A stretch of 64,000 bases of DNA from an uncultured Bacteroidota bacterium (GTDB lineage: Bacteria; Bacteroidota; Ignavibacteria; Kryptoniales; JAKASW01): positions 3,330,252 to 3,394,251 of the forward strand of contig CAWEES010000002.1 in NCBI GenBank assembly GCA_963808245.1, written 5' to 3'. This document shows, one piece after another, positions 27,868-40,844 of the stretch. The position numbers were made by a program, and so were the translations under genes. Below the pieces are notes generated by a model. That model did not search any database, was not told the origin of the DNA, and saw only the letters and a program-made list of their open reading frames with translations. The number at the start of each line of letters is the position of its first letter. Positions within the stretch are counted from its first letter, which is position 1.

Positions 27868-30800
27868 ATGAATACGTTGAAGAGTCTCAATTCTAATGGA
27901 CAGGATTCAGTGCGTTCGAACTTTGCAAAAATTCCCCAGAGGGTCGATTACCCGGATTTACTTGACGTTCAAATCCAATCTTTCAAGAAATTCCTTCAGG
28001 AAGATGTTGCGCCGAAAAAGAGAAAGGCAAACGGTTTACAAGGGGTATTCCAGCTAAACTTCCCGGTCTACGATAACAAGGAACATTTTGCTTTAGACTT
28101 TGTCGAGTATAGCATAGAGAAACCCCGATACGGAGTAGAGGAATGCATTGAAAAGGGTTTGACCTATTCCGTTACTCTTAAGGCGAAGCTTCGCCTTGCG
28201 AGCAAGGATATGGATCCCGGCAAGGAAGGCTACATGGAGGCGAAGGAGCAAGAGGTTTATCTCGGCTCCATCCCTTATATGACGGACCGCGCGACTTTCA
28301 TTATTAACGGCGCGGAGAGAGTCGTGGTCAGCCAGCTTCATCGCTCACCTGGCGTTTTCTTTGTTGAAACCGAGCATCCGAACGGTGCGAGAATCTGGAG
28401 CTCGCGTGTCATTCCGATGAGAGGTGCGTGGCTTGAGTTCACTACGGACATCAACAACATGCTCTGGGTTTATATCGACCGTAAGAAGAAATTCTTTGCA
28501 ACGACGCTTCTTCGGGCTCTCGGTTATGAAAAGAATGAAGACATACTCAATCTCTTTGACCAGGTTGAAGAGGTCACTTTATCTAAAGTCGATTTGAATG
28601 ATTACATCGGAAGAAGACTTGTTAACGATGTGGTTGACACAAAAACCGGCGAGATAATAATTGAGACCACGGATTTATCGCTTGAAGAGCTGAAGCTCAC
28701 CGAGGAGCATATCGATCTCATTAAAAAATCCAGTGTAAAGAAAATCAAGTTTCTCAAGACTACCCGAAAAGGGGACGATCCGATTCTCTTCAATACCATT
28801 CGAGAAGACGCTACCGGTTCAAGTGAAGTTGCGTTGAAGAAAATTTATCAGGAGCTTCGATCGGTGGAAGCACAGGATACGGAAACAGCCCGCGGCCTTC
28901 TCGAAAAGATGTTCTTCAGCGAGAAGCGCTATGATCTAGGAAATGTCGGTAGATATAGAATGAACGCGAAGCTCACTCTTGAAATTCCGACCACCGTAAC
29001 GGTTCTTACCAAAGAAGACATCACCGCCATCATTGATTATATGCTGAAGCTTCGGCGCGACGAGGGGTCGATTGACGACATCGATCATTTAGGGAACAGG
29101 CGTGTGAAGACAGTAGGGGAACAATTAGAGTCTCAATTTAACCTCGCGTTGACGAGAATGGTGCGCAACGTAAAGGAGCGGATGAACATACATGACGAAG
29201 AGAATTTCACTCCGCAGGGCTTGGTGAATGCCCGCGTCATCACGACCGTTCTGAATTCCTTCTTCGGAACAAGCCAGCTATCTCAATTCATGGATCAAAC
29301 TAATCCTCTTGCTGAGATGACTCACAAGCGAAGGATGAGCGCCCTTGGACCGGGCGGACTAACGAGGGAACGAGCGGGATTTGAAGTGCGTGATGTCCAC
29401 TATACGCATTATGGACGCCTCTGCCCGATTGAGACTCCTGAAGGTCCAAACATAGGTCTGATCTCTTCACTCGCGGTTCATGCAAGAGTGAATGATTTTG
29501 GATTTATTGAAACGCCCTATTTCAAGGTTGTCAACGGAGCCGTTACGGATGAAATAGTCTTCCTGAGTGCTGCGCAGGAAGATGAATATAAAATTGCACA
29601 GGCGAATACCCCGGTCGATGAGAAGAGAAAGATTGCTACCGACCGTGTCCGTGCGAGATTCCATGGAGACTTCATTCTTGATAAGGCTTCAGAGATACAT
29701 TTCATGGACATTGCAACGAATCAGATTGTCAGCCCGGCGGCGGCATTAATTCCATTTCTCGAGCATGACGATGCCAACAGAGCTTTAATGGGTGCAAACA
29801 TGCAGCGCCAGGCAGTGCCTCTTATAAAGAATGAGGCGCCTGTCGTCGGAACCGGACTTGAAGGCAAGGTTGCAATTGATTCGAGGACACTCATAATTGC
29901 CGAACATGATGGTGTCGTTCAAGATGTGGATGCGTCACGTATTATAGTCAGATATGATATAAATGAAAAATCCGACGAGGTGATTGCCAGTTTTCAGGAT
30001 TTAAGGACTGCTGAGTACAGGCTGCGTAAATTCTTCAGGACGAACCAGGACACGACTGTAAATCAGAAGCCTCTTGTCAAAGCAGGACAGCGATTCAAGA
30101 AGGGAGAAGTCCTGGCGGACGGCTGCTCTACCGAAAATGGAGAACTTGCTCTCGGCAAAAATGTGCTCGTAGCATTCATGCCATGGCACGGTTATAACTT
30201 TGAAGACGCTGTCATCGTAAGTGAAGAACTCGTTTCGCAAGACGCATTCACGTCGATTCATATCCAATCGCTTGAAACAAGTGTTAGAGACACGAAGCGC
30301 GGCGAAGAAGAACTCACACGAGACATTCCGAACGTTTCCGAGGAGATGACGAAAAATCTCGATGACAATGGTGTCATCAGGTCCGGCGCGGAAGTTATCG
30401 AAAATGATATACTTGTGGGAAAAATCACGCCGAAGGGTGAAACCGATGTGACTCCCGAAGAAAAATTGCTCCGGGCGATATTTGGCGATAAAGCCGGCGA
30501 TGTGAAAGACGCATCCCTTAAGGCGCCTCCGGGAATGCGCGGAGTCGTTATCGACACAAAACTTTTTTCGCGAAAGAAAAAAGACGCCGAATCGAAAAAA
30601 GAAGAAAAGAAGAGATTAGAGGAAATCGAGAAATGGTTAAAGACCGCTAAAAGCGAAGTCCATGAAAAACTCATCGGCAAACTTGCTGAAGTGCTCGAGG
30701 ATGAAGAGTCGGCCGGAATACGGACGAAAGATGGCGCGGTCGCTATCCGCAGCGGCACGGTTCTCAAAAGAGAAACATTTGAGAAGTTCGATGACCTCGA

Positions 30801-31718
30801 AAGATTGGATTTTACAGAACCATGGGTCGAAAGTGCCCGCAAGAATAAACTGGTCGAGCAGATTCACAGAAATTATCACATAAGAATTCTCGACCTCGAA
30901 GAAGAAGCACGGCGCGAGAGGAACAAGGCAATTACCGGCGACGAACTTCCTCCCGGAATTGTACAGCTGGCAAAAATCTATGTCGCATCTAAGCGCAAGC
31001 TGCAAGTCGGCGATAAGATGGCAGGACGCCATGGTAATAAGGGTGTCGTTTCTATCGTCGTCCCAAAAGAAGACATGCCGTTCTTACCTGATGGCACTTC
31101 TGTTGGCATGGTTTTGAACCCGCTGGGTGTACCATCTCGTATGAATATAGGTCAGCTATATGAAACTGCTCTTGGATGGGCCGCGACGAAACTTGGAGTC
31201 AAGTACGCCTCTCCCATTTTCGACGGTGCGACATGGGAGGAAGTGCAAGGCGAGCTCCGAAGGGCGGGTCTCGACGAGAATTCGAAGACGGTACTGATAG
31301 ATGGAAAGAGCGGAGAAGAATTTGCAAACGAGGTAACGGTCGGATACATGTATATGATGAAACTCGACCACCTTGTCGAAGATAAGATTCATGCCCGGTC
31401 AACGGGACAATACTCGTTGATAACACAGCAGCCGCTCGGAGGCAAAGCGCAATTTGGCGGACAGAGGTTCGGGGAGATGGAAGTGTGGGCGCTTGAAGCT
31501 TACGGTGCATCACATATCCTTCAGGAAATTCTGACAGTGAAAAGTGATGATGTCCCCGGACGTTCCAAATTATTCGAGTCTCTCGTTAAAGGCGAGAATA
31601 CGCCGAGCCCGGAATTCCTGAAGCGTTTAGTGTATTGGTTCGTGAGCTCCAAGGGCTCGGACTCGAAGTAAAAGTGCTGCATGAGACTGAATTTGCGCAC
31701 AGCAATAATGGGAAATAA
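27868..31718 (+). CDS. rpoB: DNA-directed RNA polymerase subunit beta, with apparent 1-nt indel near the 3' end
   Basis: ORF 27868..31671 is unmistakably RpoB (GDKMAGRHGNKGVVS, TVKSDDVPGRSK). However, the conserved C-terminus [23 protein letters not shown] is encoded in the neighbouring frame, from 31611 to the stop at 31716-31718. The frame break is at CCCGG, 31608-31612. The coordinates given include the shifted tail. Confidence 0.93.
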
Positions 31719-31762
31719 AGATTTGATGATGAAGGCTGCAATAAAAACTGGAGGATTTTTTA

Positions 31763-34700
31763 ATGGCTAATTTTGAATTCCGCCGAGAGTTACAACAAAC
31801 CCGCAAGGTCATTACAGCAATTCGCATAAGCCTTGCATCACCCGATGCTATCATTGACCGCTCACATGGCGAGGTTACCAAACCTGAAACAATAAATTAT
31901 CGTTCATACAGGCCTGAAAAAGACGGCCTCTTCTGTGAAAAGATATTCGGACCGGTGAGAGACTGGGAATGTCATTGCGGTAAGTACAAGAAAATCAGGT
32001 ACAAAGGAATCGTGTGCGACCGGTGCGGCGTTGAAGTTACTCAGAAGAGTGTGCGCCGTGAGAGAATGGGACACATAACTCTGGCGACTCCCGTCGTTCA
32101 TATATGGTACTTGCGCTCGTTGCCGAGTAAGATCGGAAACCTTCTCGGTATGTCGACAAAAGAATTGGAAAAGGTTGTTTATTACGAATCCTACGTTGTT
32201 GTTCAGCCCGGTGCTGCAACTGATCTTAGTGAAGGTGATCTCCTTACGGAAGAAGAATATTATGACCTGCTTGAAAAATATCCCCACAATAATGAGCTCG
32301 ACGATACCGACGCGAGAAAAGTTATCATAAAGATCGGCGGCGAGGCCATTAAAGAGATGTTGAAAAGAGTGGATGTTGACGAGCTGAGCGAAAAGCTCCG
32401 CGTTTCTGCCCGCACCGAAAGATCCGAACAAAAGAGAATTGACTTGCTCAAGCGTCTCAAAGTCGCCGAAGCATTTAGAACCCGGGAAGGTGAAGAATTT
32501 ATTAACAAGCCTGAGTGGATGGTTATCGAAGTGATACCGGTTATCCCACCGGAACTTCGTCCGCTGGTTCCCCTTGAAGGCGGAAGATTTGCCACCAGCG
32601 ATCTAAACGACTTGTACCGTCGTGTCATTATTAGAAACAACCGATTGAAAAGACTAATCGACATAAAGGCGCCGGAAGTAATTCTTCGAAACGAAAAACG
32701 GATGCTTCAGGAAGCAGTCGATGCGCTTTTGGACAACAGCCGCAGGATAAGCGCTGTCAATTCAGACAGCCAGCGTGCGTTGAAATCTCTGTCGGATGTT
32801 CTCAAAGGAAAACAGGGAAGATTTAGACAGAACCTGCTCGGGAAACGAGTCGATTATAGCGGTCGATCCGTTATCGTTGTCGGTCCTGAATTGAAACTGC
32901 ATGAATGCGGTTTGCCGAAGGACATGGCAGTGGAACTTTTCAAGCCCATGATTATCAGAAAGCTTCTGGAACGCGGCGAAGCGAAAACCGCAAAGACTGC
33001 CCGCAGGTTGGTCGACAGGAAAGTAAAAGAAGTCTGGGAAGTGTTGCCTTCTATCATTGAAGGAAACCCCGTTATGCTCAACCGTGCACCAACTCTGCAT
33101 CGACTCGGCATCCAGGCTTTCCAGCCGGTTCTTGTCGATGCGAGGGCGATAAAATTGCATCCGCTGGTTTGCACTGCTTTTAATGCGGACTTTGACGGAG
33201 ACCAAATGGCGGTGCACGTGCCCCTGTCATACGAAGCTCAGATCGAAGCGCGTATTCTAATGTTGTCGAGTCATAACTTGCTTTCTCCTGCACACGGAAA
33301 GCCTGTCGTGCACCCGACTCAGGATATGGTACTTGGATTATATTATCTGACGAAAATCCGAAAGGCCAGCGATCCGACCGTAAGATATTTTGCTTCGCCG
33401 GACGAAATTCGTCTCGCGTTGGAATTAAAAAAAATCAACTACCATGATCCGATCAAGTTCAGAGTCGATGGTGAGTTTATTGATACTACACCCGGTAGAG
33501 TCTTATTCAACGAAATCGTCCCGGTTGAACTTGGATTCATCAACGAGGTTATGACCAAAAGCAAAATCATTTCGATCATTGCAGAAGCTTACAAGAAGGC
33601 TGGACAGCTTAAGACCGCAAAATTCCTCGATGACTTGAAAGATCTTGGTTTTGAGAATGCAACCGCAGCCGGACTTTCTATCAATGTCAACGATGTAATA
33701 ATTCCGGATGTCAAGAGGAAATTTATCGACATATCTGATCGTGACGTGAAAGAGATTGAAGCGAGTTATGAAGGCGGCTTCATTACTGCCGGCGAAAGAT
33801 ACAATAAGATTATCGATGTCTGGCAGAGAGCGACGAATTTGGTAAGCGACGCGGCTTATAAGACCCTGTCGGTATCGAAGGAAGGCTTCAATTCAATATG
33901 GATGATGCTTGACTCCGGTGCTCGTGGTTCGAAGGATCAGGTTAAGCAGCTTGCTGCGATGCGCGGATTGATGGCGAAACCTCAGAAGTCTCTTACCGGT
34001 CAGGTCGGCGATCTTATTGAGAATCCTATTATCGCGAATTTCCGCGAGGGTCTTTCAATACTCGAATATTTCATCTCTACTCACGGTGCGAGAAAAGGGC
34101 TTGCAGATACGGCTATGAAGACTGCCGATGCCGGCTACCTGACACGAAGACTCGTGGATGTCTCACAGGATGTTGTCATTGCCAGCGACGACTGCGGAAC
34201 AATCCGCGGCATTTCGGTGAGTGCCATCAAGGACGGCGAGCGTGTTCAGGAAACATTGGTTGAGCGTATTCTCGGACGCGTGGCTTTGTATGATGTAGTT
34301 GATCCGTTGGCGAACATCGTAATCGTTAAAGGCGGCGGCGAAATCACTGAAGACATTGCGGAGAAAATTGCCAATACTGCGATTGACAGTGTCGATATTC
34401 GCTCGGTGCTAACTTGCGAAGCACAGCGAGGCGTATGTGCAAAATGTTATGGCCGAAATCTCGCGACGGGAAAGATGGTCGAAATCGGTGATGCCGTCGG
34501 AATCATAGCTGCACAAAGCATCGGCGAGCCCGGTACTCAACTTACACTGCGAACGTTCCATACGGGAGGCGTTGCCAGCGTTGAGTCGCAGGAGTCAAAT
34601 GTTATCGGGCCGACAGAAGGCAGACTGAAATTTGAAAATATGCAGCCGCTGGTTGATTATACTAACAGGACAACCGGAAAACCGGAGAAGGTTTTGTTGG

Positions 34701-36034
34701 GACGACACGGCGTTATTCAAGTTCTCGATAAAGACAACCGCGCGATAAAGAAGATGGACGTACCACAGGGTGCCCATCTCCTTCTCGGTGAAGGCGCCTC
34801 GATCAATAAAGGCGATTTGGTTTACCAATGGGATCCTTACAACACACTTATACTGACCGAGTTTGGCGGCAAAGTGCGTTGGGTCGATCTGAGAAAAGAC
34901 ATAACGTATCGCGAACAGACTGACGAACAAACCGGCCAGGTTGAGAAGGTAGTAATAGAGAGTCTTGACAAGAACGTGACGCCATCTCTCGAAATTCTGC
35001 ACGGCAACAAATTAAGACGGACTTACAACTTACCGGTAGGTGCTCATATCGTTGTCGAGGATGATGAGGAAGTTCAGTCCGGTGAAACACTTGCGAAGAA
35101 ACCGAAGGAATTGTCGCGCGTTCGCGATGTGACCACCGGTCTTCCGAGAGTGCAGGAGTTGTTCGAAGCTCGTGCGCCTCAGGACCCTGCTACAGTCAGC
35201 GAAATCGACGGCTACGTCAGTTTCGGCGGACAATCCAGAGGAACGAAGGAAGTTATTATCACGAGTGCGGACGGCAAGGACAGAAAAACGTATAAAGTAT
35301 CTCTGCGCCAGCACATCCTGGTACAGGAGAATGATTTCGTGATAGCCGGTGAACGGTTAACCGATGGTCCTATCGATCCGCATGATATCTTGAGAATCAA
35401 AGGCCCGGCTGACGTACAGAAATATCTTCTCGATGAAATACAGGAAGTTTATCGGCAGCAAAATGTTACGATTAACGATAAACACATCGAAGTGATAGTA
35501 CGCCAGATGTTCCAGCGTGTTCGTGTTGTAGACTCGGGTGACACACCATTCCTTGAAGGCGACATTGTCGATGTGCATAGGATACGGGAAGAGAATGCCG
35601 CTATAAGCAAGAAGGTGGTCATAAGCGCAAAGGGCGATTCGAAATATAGGATCGGACAGATCATGGAACGGGCCGTTGTCATGGCGAAGAATCGTGATTC
35701 GAGGCGTGCAAAAAAGAAAGTCGCTGAATTCCGTGATGCATCGCCCGCCACGGCGGAAGACGTTCTTCTCGGTATAACTTCTGCTGCACTTTCGACCGAT
35801 AGTTTTATCTCGGCGGCTTCGTTCCAGGAAACCACTAAAGTTTTGACCGATGCTTCAATCGAAGGCAAGCTTGATAAGCTTATCGGTTTGAAGGAAAACG
35901 TGATTATCGGACAATTGATCCCGGCGGGAACCGGCCTTAAGAAGTTCCGGGATTTAATCCTAACTGAAGAAGAAGTACCGGAGAAAGAGGCAAAGACCGA
36001 AGAAGAGGTTTCTCATCAGAAGGTCGCCTCGTAA
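31763..36034 (+). CDS. rpoC: DNA-directed RNA polymerase subunit beta'
   Basis: 1423 aa. It has the Zn finger [23 protein letters not shown] and the catalytic [15 protein letters not shown] lies upstream. Confidence 0.97.
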   Translation: MANFEFRRELQQTRKVITAIRISLASPDAIIDRSHGEVTKPETINYRSYRPEKDGLFCEKIFGPVRDWECHCGKYKKIRYKGIVCDRCGVEVTQKSVRRERMGHITLATPVVHIWYLRSLPSKIGNLLGMSTKELEKVVYYESYVVVQPGAATDLSEGDLLTEEEYYDLLEKYPHNNELDDTDARKVIIKIGGEAIKEMLKRVDVDELSEKLRVSARTERSEQKRIDLLKRLKVAEAFRTREGEEFINKPEWMVIEVIPVIPPELRPLVPLEGGRFATSDLNDLYRRVIIRNNRLKRLIDIKAPEVILRNEKRMLQEAVDALLDNSRRISAVNSDSQRALKSLSDVLKGKQGRFRQNLLGKRVDYSGRSVIVVGPELKLHECGLPKDMAVELFKPMIIRKLLERGEAKTAKTARRLVDRKVKEVWEVLPSIIEGNPVMLNRAPTLHRLGIQAFQPVLVDARAIKLHPLVCTAFNADFDGDQMAVHVPLSYEAQIEARILMLSSHNLLSPAHGKPVVHPTQDMVLGLYYLTKIRKASDPTVRYFASPDEIRLALELKKINYHDPIKFRVDGEFIDTTPGRVLFNEIVPVELGFINEVMTKSKIISIIAEAYKKAGQLKTAKFLDDLKDLGFENATAAGLSINVNDVIIPDVKRKFIDISDRDVKEIEASYEGGFITAGERYNKIIDVWQRATNLVSDAAYKTLSVSKEGFNSIWMMLDSGARGSKDQVKQLAAMRGLMAKPQKSLTGQVGDLIENPIIANFREGLSILEYFISTHGARKGLADTAMKTADAGYLTRRLVDVSQDVVIASDDCGTIRGISVSAIKDGERVQETLVERILGRVALYDVVDPLANIVIVKGGGEITEDIAEKIANTAIDSVDIRSVLTCEAQRGVCAKCYGRNLATGKMVEIGDAVGIIAAQSIGEPGTQLTLRTFHTGGVASVESQESNVIGPTEGRLKFENMQPLVDYTNRTTGKPEKVLLGRHGVIQVLDKDNRAIKKMDVPQGAHLLLGEGASINKGDLVYQWDPYNTLILTEFGGKVRWVDLRKDITYREQTDEQTGQVEKVVIESLDKNVTPSLEILHGNKLRRTYNLPVGAHIVVEDDEEVQSGETLAKKPKELSRVRDVTTGLPRVQELFEARAPQDPATVSEIDGYVSFGGQSRGTKEVIITSADGKDRKTYKVSLRQHILVQENDFVIAGERLTDGPIDPHDILRIKGPADVQKYLLDEIQEVYRQQNVTINDKHIEVIVRQMFQRVRVVDSGDTPFLEGDIVDVHRIREENAAISKKVVISAKGDSKYRIGQIMERAVVMAKNRDSRRAKKKVAEFRDASPATAEDVLLGITSAALSTDSFISAASFQETTKVLTDASIEGKLDKLIGLKENVIIGQLIPAGTGLKKFRDLILTEEEVPEKEAKTEEEVSHQKVAS

Positions 36035-36052
36035 TTCATTTTGGATCTTCTA

Positions 36053-36086
36053 AAATGGGGAGATTTGGTTTTCTCCCCATTTTTTT
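36053..36086 (+). terminator. Rho-independent terminator after rpoC
   Basis: The stem AAATGGGGAGA (36053-36063) pairs with TCTCCCCATTT (36072-36082). The T run extends to 36086. Confidence 0.8.
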
Positions 36087-36097
36087 GACGTAATTTC

Positions 36098-36126
36098 TTG
36101 ATTATTTGAATGATACCTTTTATATT
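36098..36126 (+). promoter_or_regulatory. Candidate sigma-70-type promoter for rpsL operon
   Basis: TTGATT (36098-36103), a 17-nt spacer, then TATATT (36121-36126). It lies between the rpoC terminator and rpsL. The same TTGAWT-N17-TATATT pattern occurs upstream of rimP. Confidence 0.35.
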
Positions 36127-36166
36127 TATTTCTCTATGATGAAGGCTCGTATTTTGGAGGAAAACA

Positions 36167-36547
36167 TTGCCGACGATTAATCAACTGATAAGGCAGGGGA
36201 GAAGAAAACTCCTTCTGAAAGGAAAGTCCCCCGCGCTTCAGGGAAACCCGCAAAAGCGAGGTGTATGCACTCGTGTTTACACCACCACACCTAAAAAGCC
36301 GAATTCGGCTCTCCGCAAAGTTGCGCGCGTTAGACTGGTACATGGAATAGAAGTAACGGCCTATATCCCTGGCGAAGGACATAATCTTCAGGAACACTCT
36401 ATCGTTTTGATAAGAGGCGGCCGCGTAAAAGATCTCCCTGGCGTGCGCTACCACATTATAAGAGGCACTCTTGATACTGCCGGCGTAACAGATAGAAAGC
36501 AAGGCAGGTCGAAATACGGTGCCAAGAAGCCCAAAGCTTCAGCTTAA
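36167..36547 (+). CDS. rpsL: 30S ribosomal protein S12
   Basis: TTG start after [19 protein letters not shown]...[16 protein letters not shown] identifies uS12. Confidence 0.95.
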   Translation: MPTINQLIRQGRRKLLLKGKSPALQGNPQKRGVCTRVYTTTPKKPNSALRKVARVRLVHGIEVTAYIPGEGHNLQEHSIVLIRGGRVKDLPGVRYHIIRGTLDTAGVTDRKQGRSKYGAKKPKASA

Positions 36548-36568
36548 GAATAATAAAAAGAGTTTGAT

Positions 36569-37036
36569 ATGAGAAAAAAACGCTCTGAGAGGCGTCAGGT
36601 TGTGCCTGACCCAAAATATAATGATGTGTTTATTGCGAAATTTGTGAATAACATCATGAATTCCGGTAAAAAGCATCTTGCGCGTCGGCTGCTGTATGAT
36701 GCACTGGACATTATTGAACAGCGGACAAAAAATAATCCGCTGGATGTTTTTCGAAAAGCTATGAATAATGTTCAGCCTATCATTGAAGTCCGTGCGCGAA
36801 GAGTCGGCGGAGCGACCTATCAGGTGCCGAGTGAAGTCCGCCCCGAAAGAAGTATGGCGCTCGGTATGAGGTGGCTTCTTAAGTACGCTCATGACCGTAA
36901 GGATAAGTCGATGTCGCTGAAGCTTGCCGCTGAGATAATCGCCGCATCGAATGGCGAAGGAAATGCAATAAAGAAACGTGAAGATACTCACAAGATGGCA
37001 GAGGCTAATAAAGCATTTGCCCATTATAGATGGTAA
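36569..37036 (+). CDS. rpsG: 30S ribosomal protein S7
   Basis: 155 aa. PDPKYNDVFIAKFVNNIMNSGKK is typical of uS7. Confidence 0.95.
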   Translation: MRKKRSERRQVVPDPKYNDVFIAKFVNNIMNSGKKHLARRLLYDALDIIEQRTKNNPLDVFRKAMNNVQPIIEVRARRVGGATYQVPSEVRPERSMALGMRWLLKYAHDRKDKSMSLKLAAEIIAASNGEGNAIKKREDTHKMAEANKAFAHYRW

Positions 37037-37070
37037 TTATGAATAATGTTGGAAGGTTAAATATAAAGTT

Positions 37071-39164
37071 ATGATTCGCGAGTACCCGTTAGAACGAACG
37101 CGCAATATTGGTATAATGGCGCATATAGATGCTGGTAAAACAACCACAACTGAGAGGATACTTTTCTATACAGGGAAGACCCACCGAATGGGTGAGGTTC
37201 ACGATGGCGCTGCAACGATGGATTTTATGGACCAGGAGAAAGAGCGCGGTATTACTATTACCTCTGCAGCGACAACATGTTTCTGGAGGGATCACAGGAT
37301 AAACATTATTGATACTCCGGGACACGTTGACTTCACTATTGAAGTTGAGCGCTCTCTTCGCGTGCTTGATGGTGCGATTGCCCTCTTTTGCGCAGTTGGC
37401 GGAGTTGAGCCGCAGTCCGAAACAGTATGGCGTCAAGCGGACAAATATAATGTTCCTCGAATTGCATTTGTGAATAAGATGGACCGGGTCGGAGCGGATT
37501 TTTTCAATGTAATCCAAATGATGCAAGATAGACTCAAGGCGAATCCTGTTCCCATCCAGCTTCCGATCGGAGAAGGCGAATTATTTTCCGGTGTAGTTGA
37601 CCTAATAAAGATGAAAGCTGTTATGTACAGCGAAACTAACTTAGGGACAACCTGGGAAGAGTATGCTATTCCGCACGATTTGCTGAAAATTTCGCAGGAA
37701 TACAGAACGAAATTATTGGAAGCCGTATCGGATGTGAATGATACGCTGCTCGTCAAATATCTGGATGGAAAAGAAATTTCAGAAGAAGAGATTATTACTA
37801 CGATTAGAAAAGCCACGATCGAAGGTAAGATTGTGCCTGTGGCTTGCGGTACCGCATTTAAGAATAAAGGCGTTCAGCGCCTTATGGATTGCGTCGTGGA
37901 TTTCCTTCCGTCACCACTAGATGTCGGAGCTACTCACGGGCATGATTCAGTTGGTAATCAGATTTCTCGTGAGCCCTCAGATGACGAAAAGTTTTCTGCT
38001 TTAGCATTTAAGATTATGACCGACCCGTATGTCGGAAAACTGACTTTCTTCCGTGTGTACAGCGGCAAGCTTTCCGGTGGATCTTATGTCTTCAATTCGA
38101 TCACAGGTAGAAGAGAAAGAATCGGAAGAGTCCTTCGAATGCATGCGAACCACCGTGAGGATATTGAAACAGCATTCACGGGTGACATAGTTGCTGCGGT
38201 CGGTCTGAAGCACACGAAGACAGGCGACACTCTTTGTGATGAAGATGCAGTAATAATTTTGGAGAAAATGATATTTCCTGATCCGGTTATTCATGTTGCG
38301 ATTGAGCCAAAGACCAAAGCCGATCAGGAGAGACTTGGTGAGTCGCTCATGAAATTGACTGAAGAAGACCCGACCTTTAGAATGAAGACAGACGAGGAGA
38401 CCGGTCAGACCATCATCAGCGGGATGGGAGAACTTCACCTCGAGATTATTGTCGATAGGTTGAAGCGGGAATTTAAAGTCGAAGCAAATGTCGGTCGGCC
38501 CCAGGTAGCTTACAAGGAGACGATTAGAAAGAAAGTTACTCAACAAGGAAAGTTTGTAAGGCAATCCGGCGGACATGGGCAGTACGGAGATGTTTGGCTT
38601 GAAATTGAGCCCAATGAAAAAGGCAAAGGTTTCGAATTTACGAATGCAATAGTCGGCGGCTCGATACCGAAGGAATTTATCCCGGCGGTTGGTGAAGGCA
38701 TTCATGAGGCTTTGCAGAGCGGTGTGCTCGCCGGATATCCAGTCGTGGATGTCAAGGCGAAGCTTTTCGACGGGTCATTCCACGAGGTTGATTCAAGCGA
38801 GATGGCTTTTAAGATTGCCGGAAGCATTGCGTTCAAAGATGGTGCTAAGAAAGCCGATCCGGTTTTACTCGAACCTATCATGGATGTCGAGGTCGTTACT
38901 CCCGAAGAGTATTTAGGTGACGTCATGGGAGACTTAAATTCCCGCCGCGGCCGGATTGAAGGAATAGCCGCAAGGAAAGATGCTCAGGTTGTGAAAACTA
39001 CGGTTCCACTTTCTGAGATGTTTGGATACGCGACGTCACTTCGCTCTATGACTCAAGGGCGAGCAATCTTCACGATGCAATTCTCGCATTATGATGAGGT
39101 GCCCCGAAGCATTGCCGAGCAGATTGTTGAAAAAATCCGGGGCAAAGAGTCGGTAGCCGCATAA
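37071..39164 (+). CDS. fusA: Elongation factor G
   Basis: 697 aa. G motifs [20 protein letters not shown] and NKMD. Confidence 0.97.
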   Translation: MIREYPLERTRNIGIMAHIDAGKTTTTERILFYTGKTHRMGEVHDGAATMDFMDQEKERGITITSAATTCFWRDHRINIIDTPGHVDFTIEVERSLRVLDGAIALFCAVGGVEPQSETVWRQADKYNVPRIAFVNKMDRVGADFFNVIQMMQDRLKANPVPIQLPIGEGELFSGVVDLIKMKAVMYSETNLGTTWEEYAIPHDLLKISQEYRTKLLEAVSDVNDTLLVKYLDGKEISEEEIITTIRKATIEGKIVPVACGTAFKNKGVQRLMDCVVDFLPSPLDVGATHGHDSVGNQISREPSDDEKFSALAFKIMTDPYVGKLTFFRVYSGKLSGGSYVFNSITGRRERIGRVLRMHANHREDIETAFTGDIVAAVGLKHTKTGDTLCDEDAVIILEKMIFPDPVIHVAIEPKTKADQERLGESLMKLTEEDPTFRMKTDEETGQTIISGMGELHLEIIVDRLKREFKVEANVGRPQVAYKETIRKKVTQQGKFVRQSGGHGQYGDVWLEIEPNEKGKGFEFTNAIVGGSIPKEFIPAVGEGIHEALQSGVLAGYPVVDVKAKLFDGSFHEVDSSEMAFKIAGSIAFKDGAKKADPVLLEPIMDVEVVTPEEYLGDVMGDLNSRRGRIEGIAARKDAQVVKTTVPLSEMFGYATSLRSMTQGRAIFTMQFSHYDEVPRSIAEQIVEKIRGKESVAA

Positions 39165-39237
39165 TGAGAATTTTAGTTTTCAGCCGTTCCTCTTTGGTCT
39201 TATTAATCAGTTTGAAAAAATCATAAGGAGAATTTAG

Positions 39238-40452
39238 ATGGCAAAGGAGAAATTTGATCGCAGTAAGCCGCATATTAATGTCGGCACCATCGGGCATATC
39301 GACCATGGCAAGACTACTCTTACTTCTGCAATAACACTGGCTCTTGCAAAAAGAGGGTTGGCTTCCGCAAGAAGTTTTGATAGTATCGACAATGCGCCGG
39401 AAGAGAAGGCCCGTGGTATAACAATCGCTACTGCACACGTCGAGTACTCCACAGCAAAGCGGCATTACGCTCACGTTGACTGCCCAGGTCACGCGGACTA
39501 TATAAAGAATATGATCACGGGTGCCGCTCAGATGGATGGCGCGATTCTTGTCGTCGCAGCAAACGACGGTCCTATGCCGCAAACGAGGGAACATATACTC
39601 CTTGCCTACCAGGTCGGAGTTCCAAAGATCGTTGTCTTCATGAATAAAGTCGACATGGTCGATGATCCCGAACTTCTTGAACTCGTCGAAGTGGAAGTTC
39701 GCGATCTTTTAAAGAAATATAATTTCCCCGGTGATGAAGTACCCATTATCCGAGGCAGCGCTCTCAAAGCAATGGAAGCCGGAAATGATCCGAACGCCTC
39801 TCCGGATGATCCGCGGTTCAAATGTATTTATGAATTGATGGACGCCGTTGACAACTATATACCGCTTCCGAAGCGTGACATCGACAAGCCGTTCATCATG
39901 CCTGTTGAAGATGTATTTACGATAACAGGTCGTGGTACAGTCGGCACCGGTCGTGTTGAGCGCGGCAAGGTTAAAGTTGGCGAGGATGTTGAAATCGTTG
40001 GACTCGGCGCTCACAAGAAAGCGGTCTGCACGGGACTCGAAATGTTTAGAAAAGAGCTCGACGAAGGTATGGCCGGAGACAATATCGGGGTACTCCTTCG
40101 CGGTGTGGAAAAGGAAGAGCTTGAGCGCGGTATGGTTATCGCGAAACCTGGCTCGATCACTCCCCATACAAAGTTCATTGCGCAGGTTTACGTTCTGAGC
40201 AAGGAAGAAGGAGGACGCCATACGCCTTTCTTCAAGGGATATCGTCCGCAATTTTATTTCCGTACTACCGATGTTACGGGCTCTGCGACGGAATTTCCTG
40301 AAGGCACGGAGATGGTTATGCCCGGTGACAACGTTGATAATTTGAGAATTGAACTCATCACTCCAATTGCAATGGAAGACGGACTTCGGTTTGCTATCCG
40401 TGAAGGCGGCCATACAGTCGGAGCAGGTGTTGTCACGAAGATTATAGAGTAA
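39238..40452 (+). CDS. tuf: Elongation factor Tu
   Basis: 404 aa. G motifs [19 protein letters not shown] and NKVD. Confidence 0.97.
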   Translation: MAKEKFDRSKPHINVGTIGHIDHGKTTLTSAITLALAKRGLASARSFDSIDNAPEEKARGITIATAHVEYSTAKRHYAHVDCPGHADYIKNMITGAAQMDGAILVVAANDGPMPQTREHILLAYQVGVPKIVVFMNKVDMVDDPELLELVEVEVRDLLKKYNFPGDEVPIIRGSALKAMEAGNDPNASPDDPRFKCIYELMDAVDNYIPLPKRDIDKPFIMPVEDVFTITGRGTVGTGRVERGKVKVGEDVEIVGLGAHKKAVCTGLEMFRKELDEGMAGDNIGVLLRGVEKEELERGMVIAKPGSITPHTKFIAQVYVLSKEEGGRHTPFFKGYRPQFYFRTTDVTGSATEFPEGTEMVMPGDNVDNLRIELITPIAMEDGLRFAIREGGHTVGAGVVTKIIE

Positions 40453-40492
40453 TCAAGTGAACGCTTACAAAATTATAGAAGTGAGGTAAGTT

Positions 40493-40801
40493 GTGGCTGG
40501 TCAGACTATCAGGATAAAGTTGAAATCCTATGATCATGCTCTGATAGATAAGTCGGCAGAAAAGATCGTCAGGACTATAAAGTCGACGGGAGCTGTCGTT
40601 TCCGGACCGATTCCGCTGCCGACGAAGAAAACAATTTATACCGTTTTGCGTTCACCGCATGTCGACAAGAAAAGTCGCGAGCAGTTCGAGCTTCGCCAGC
40701 ATAAGCGCGTTATTTACATTTACAATGCGTCGTCGAAGTCCGTTGACTCGCTGACAAAATTGGATTTGCCGGCAGGTGTCGATGTTGAGATGAAAGTTTG
40801 A
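40493..40801 (+). CDS. rpsJ: 30S ribosomal protein S10
   Basis: GTG start. [15 protein letters not shown]...[15 protein letters not shown] identifies uS10. Confidence 0.95.
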   Translation: MAGQTIRIKLKSYDHALIDKSAEKIVRTIKSTGAVVSGPIPLPTKKTIYTVLRSPHVDKKSREQFELRQHKRVIYIYNASSKSVDSLTKLDLPAGVDVEMKV

Positions 40802-40844
40802 CCGGGATTTACAGGATTAAATCAGGATTTAAAGGATTAATAGA

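Noticed and set aside
30258-30842. 194-aa minus-strand ORF inside rpoB (likewise 30637-31032, 32762-33217 and 35449-35868 inside rpoB/rpoC)
   Set aside because: These are antisense shadows of highly conserved genes. They are Ser/Phe-rich and of low complexity.
31600-31620. Programmed -1 ribosomal frameshift in rpoB
   Set aside because: There is no X-XXY-YYZ slippery heptamer and no obvious downstream stimulatory structure at AGC-CCG-GAA. A homopolymer indel is the simpler explanation.
38001-40413. Two 234-aa minus-strand ORFs (38001-38705 and 39709-40413)
   Set aside because: They are antisense to fusA and tuf respectively and have no independent support.
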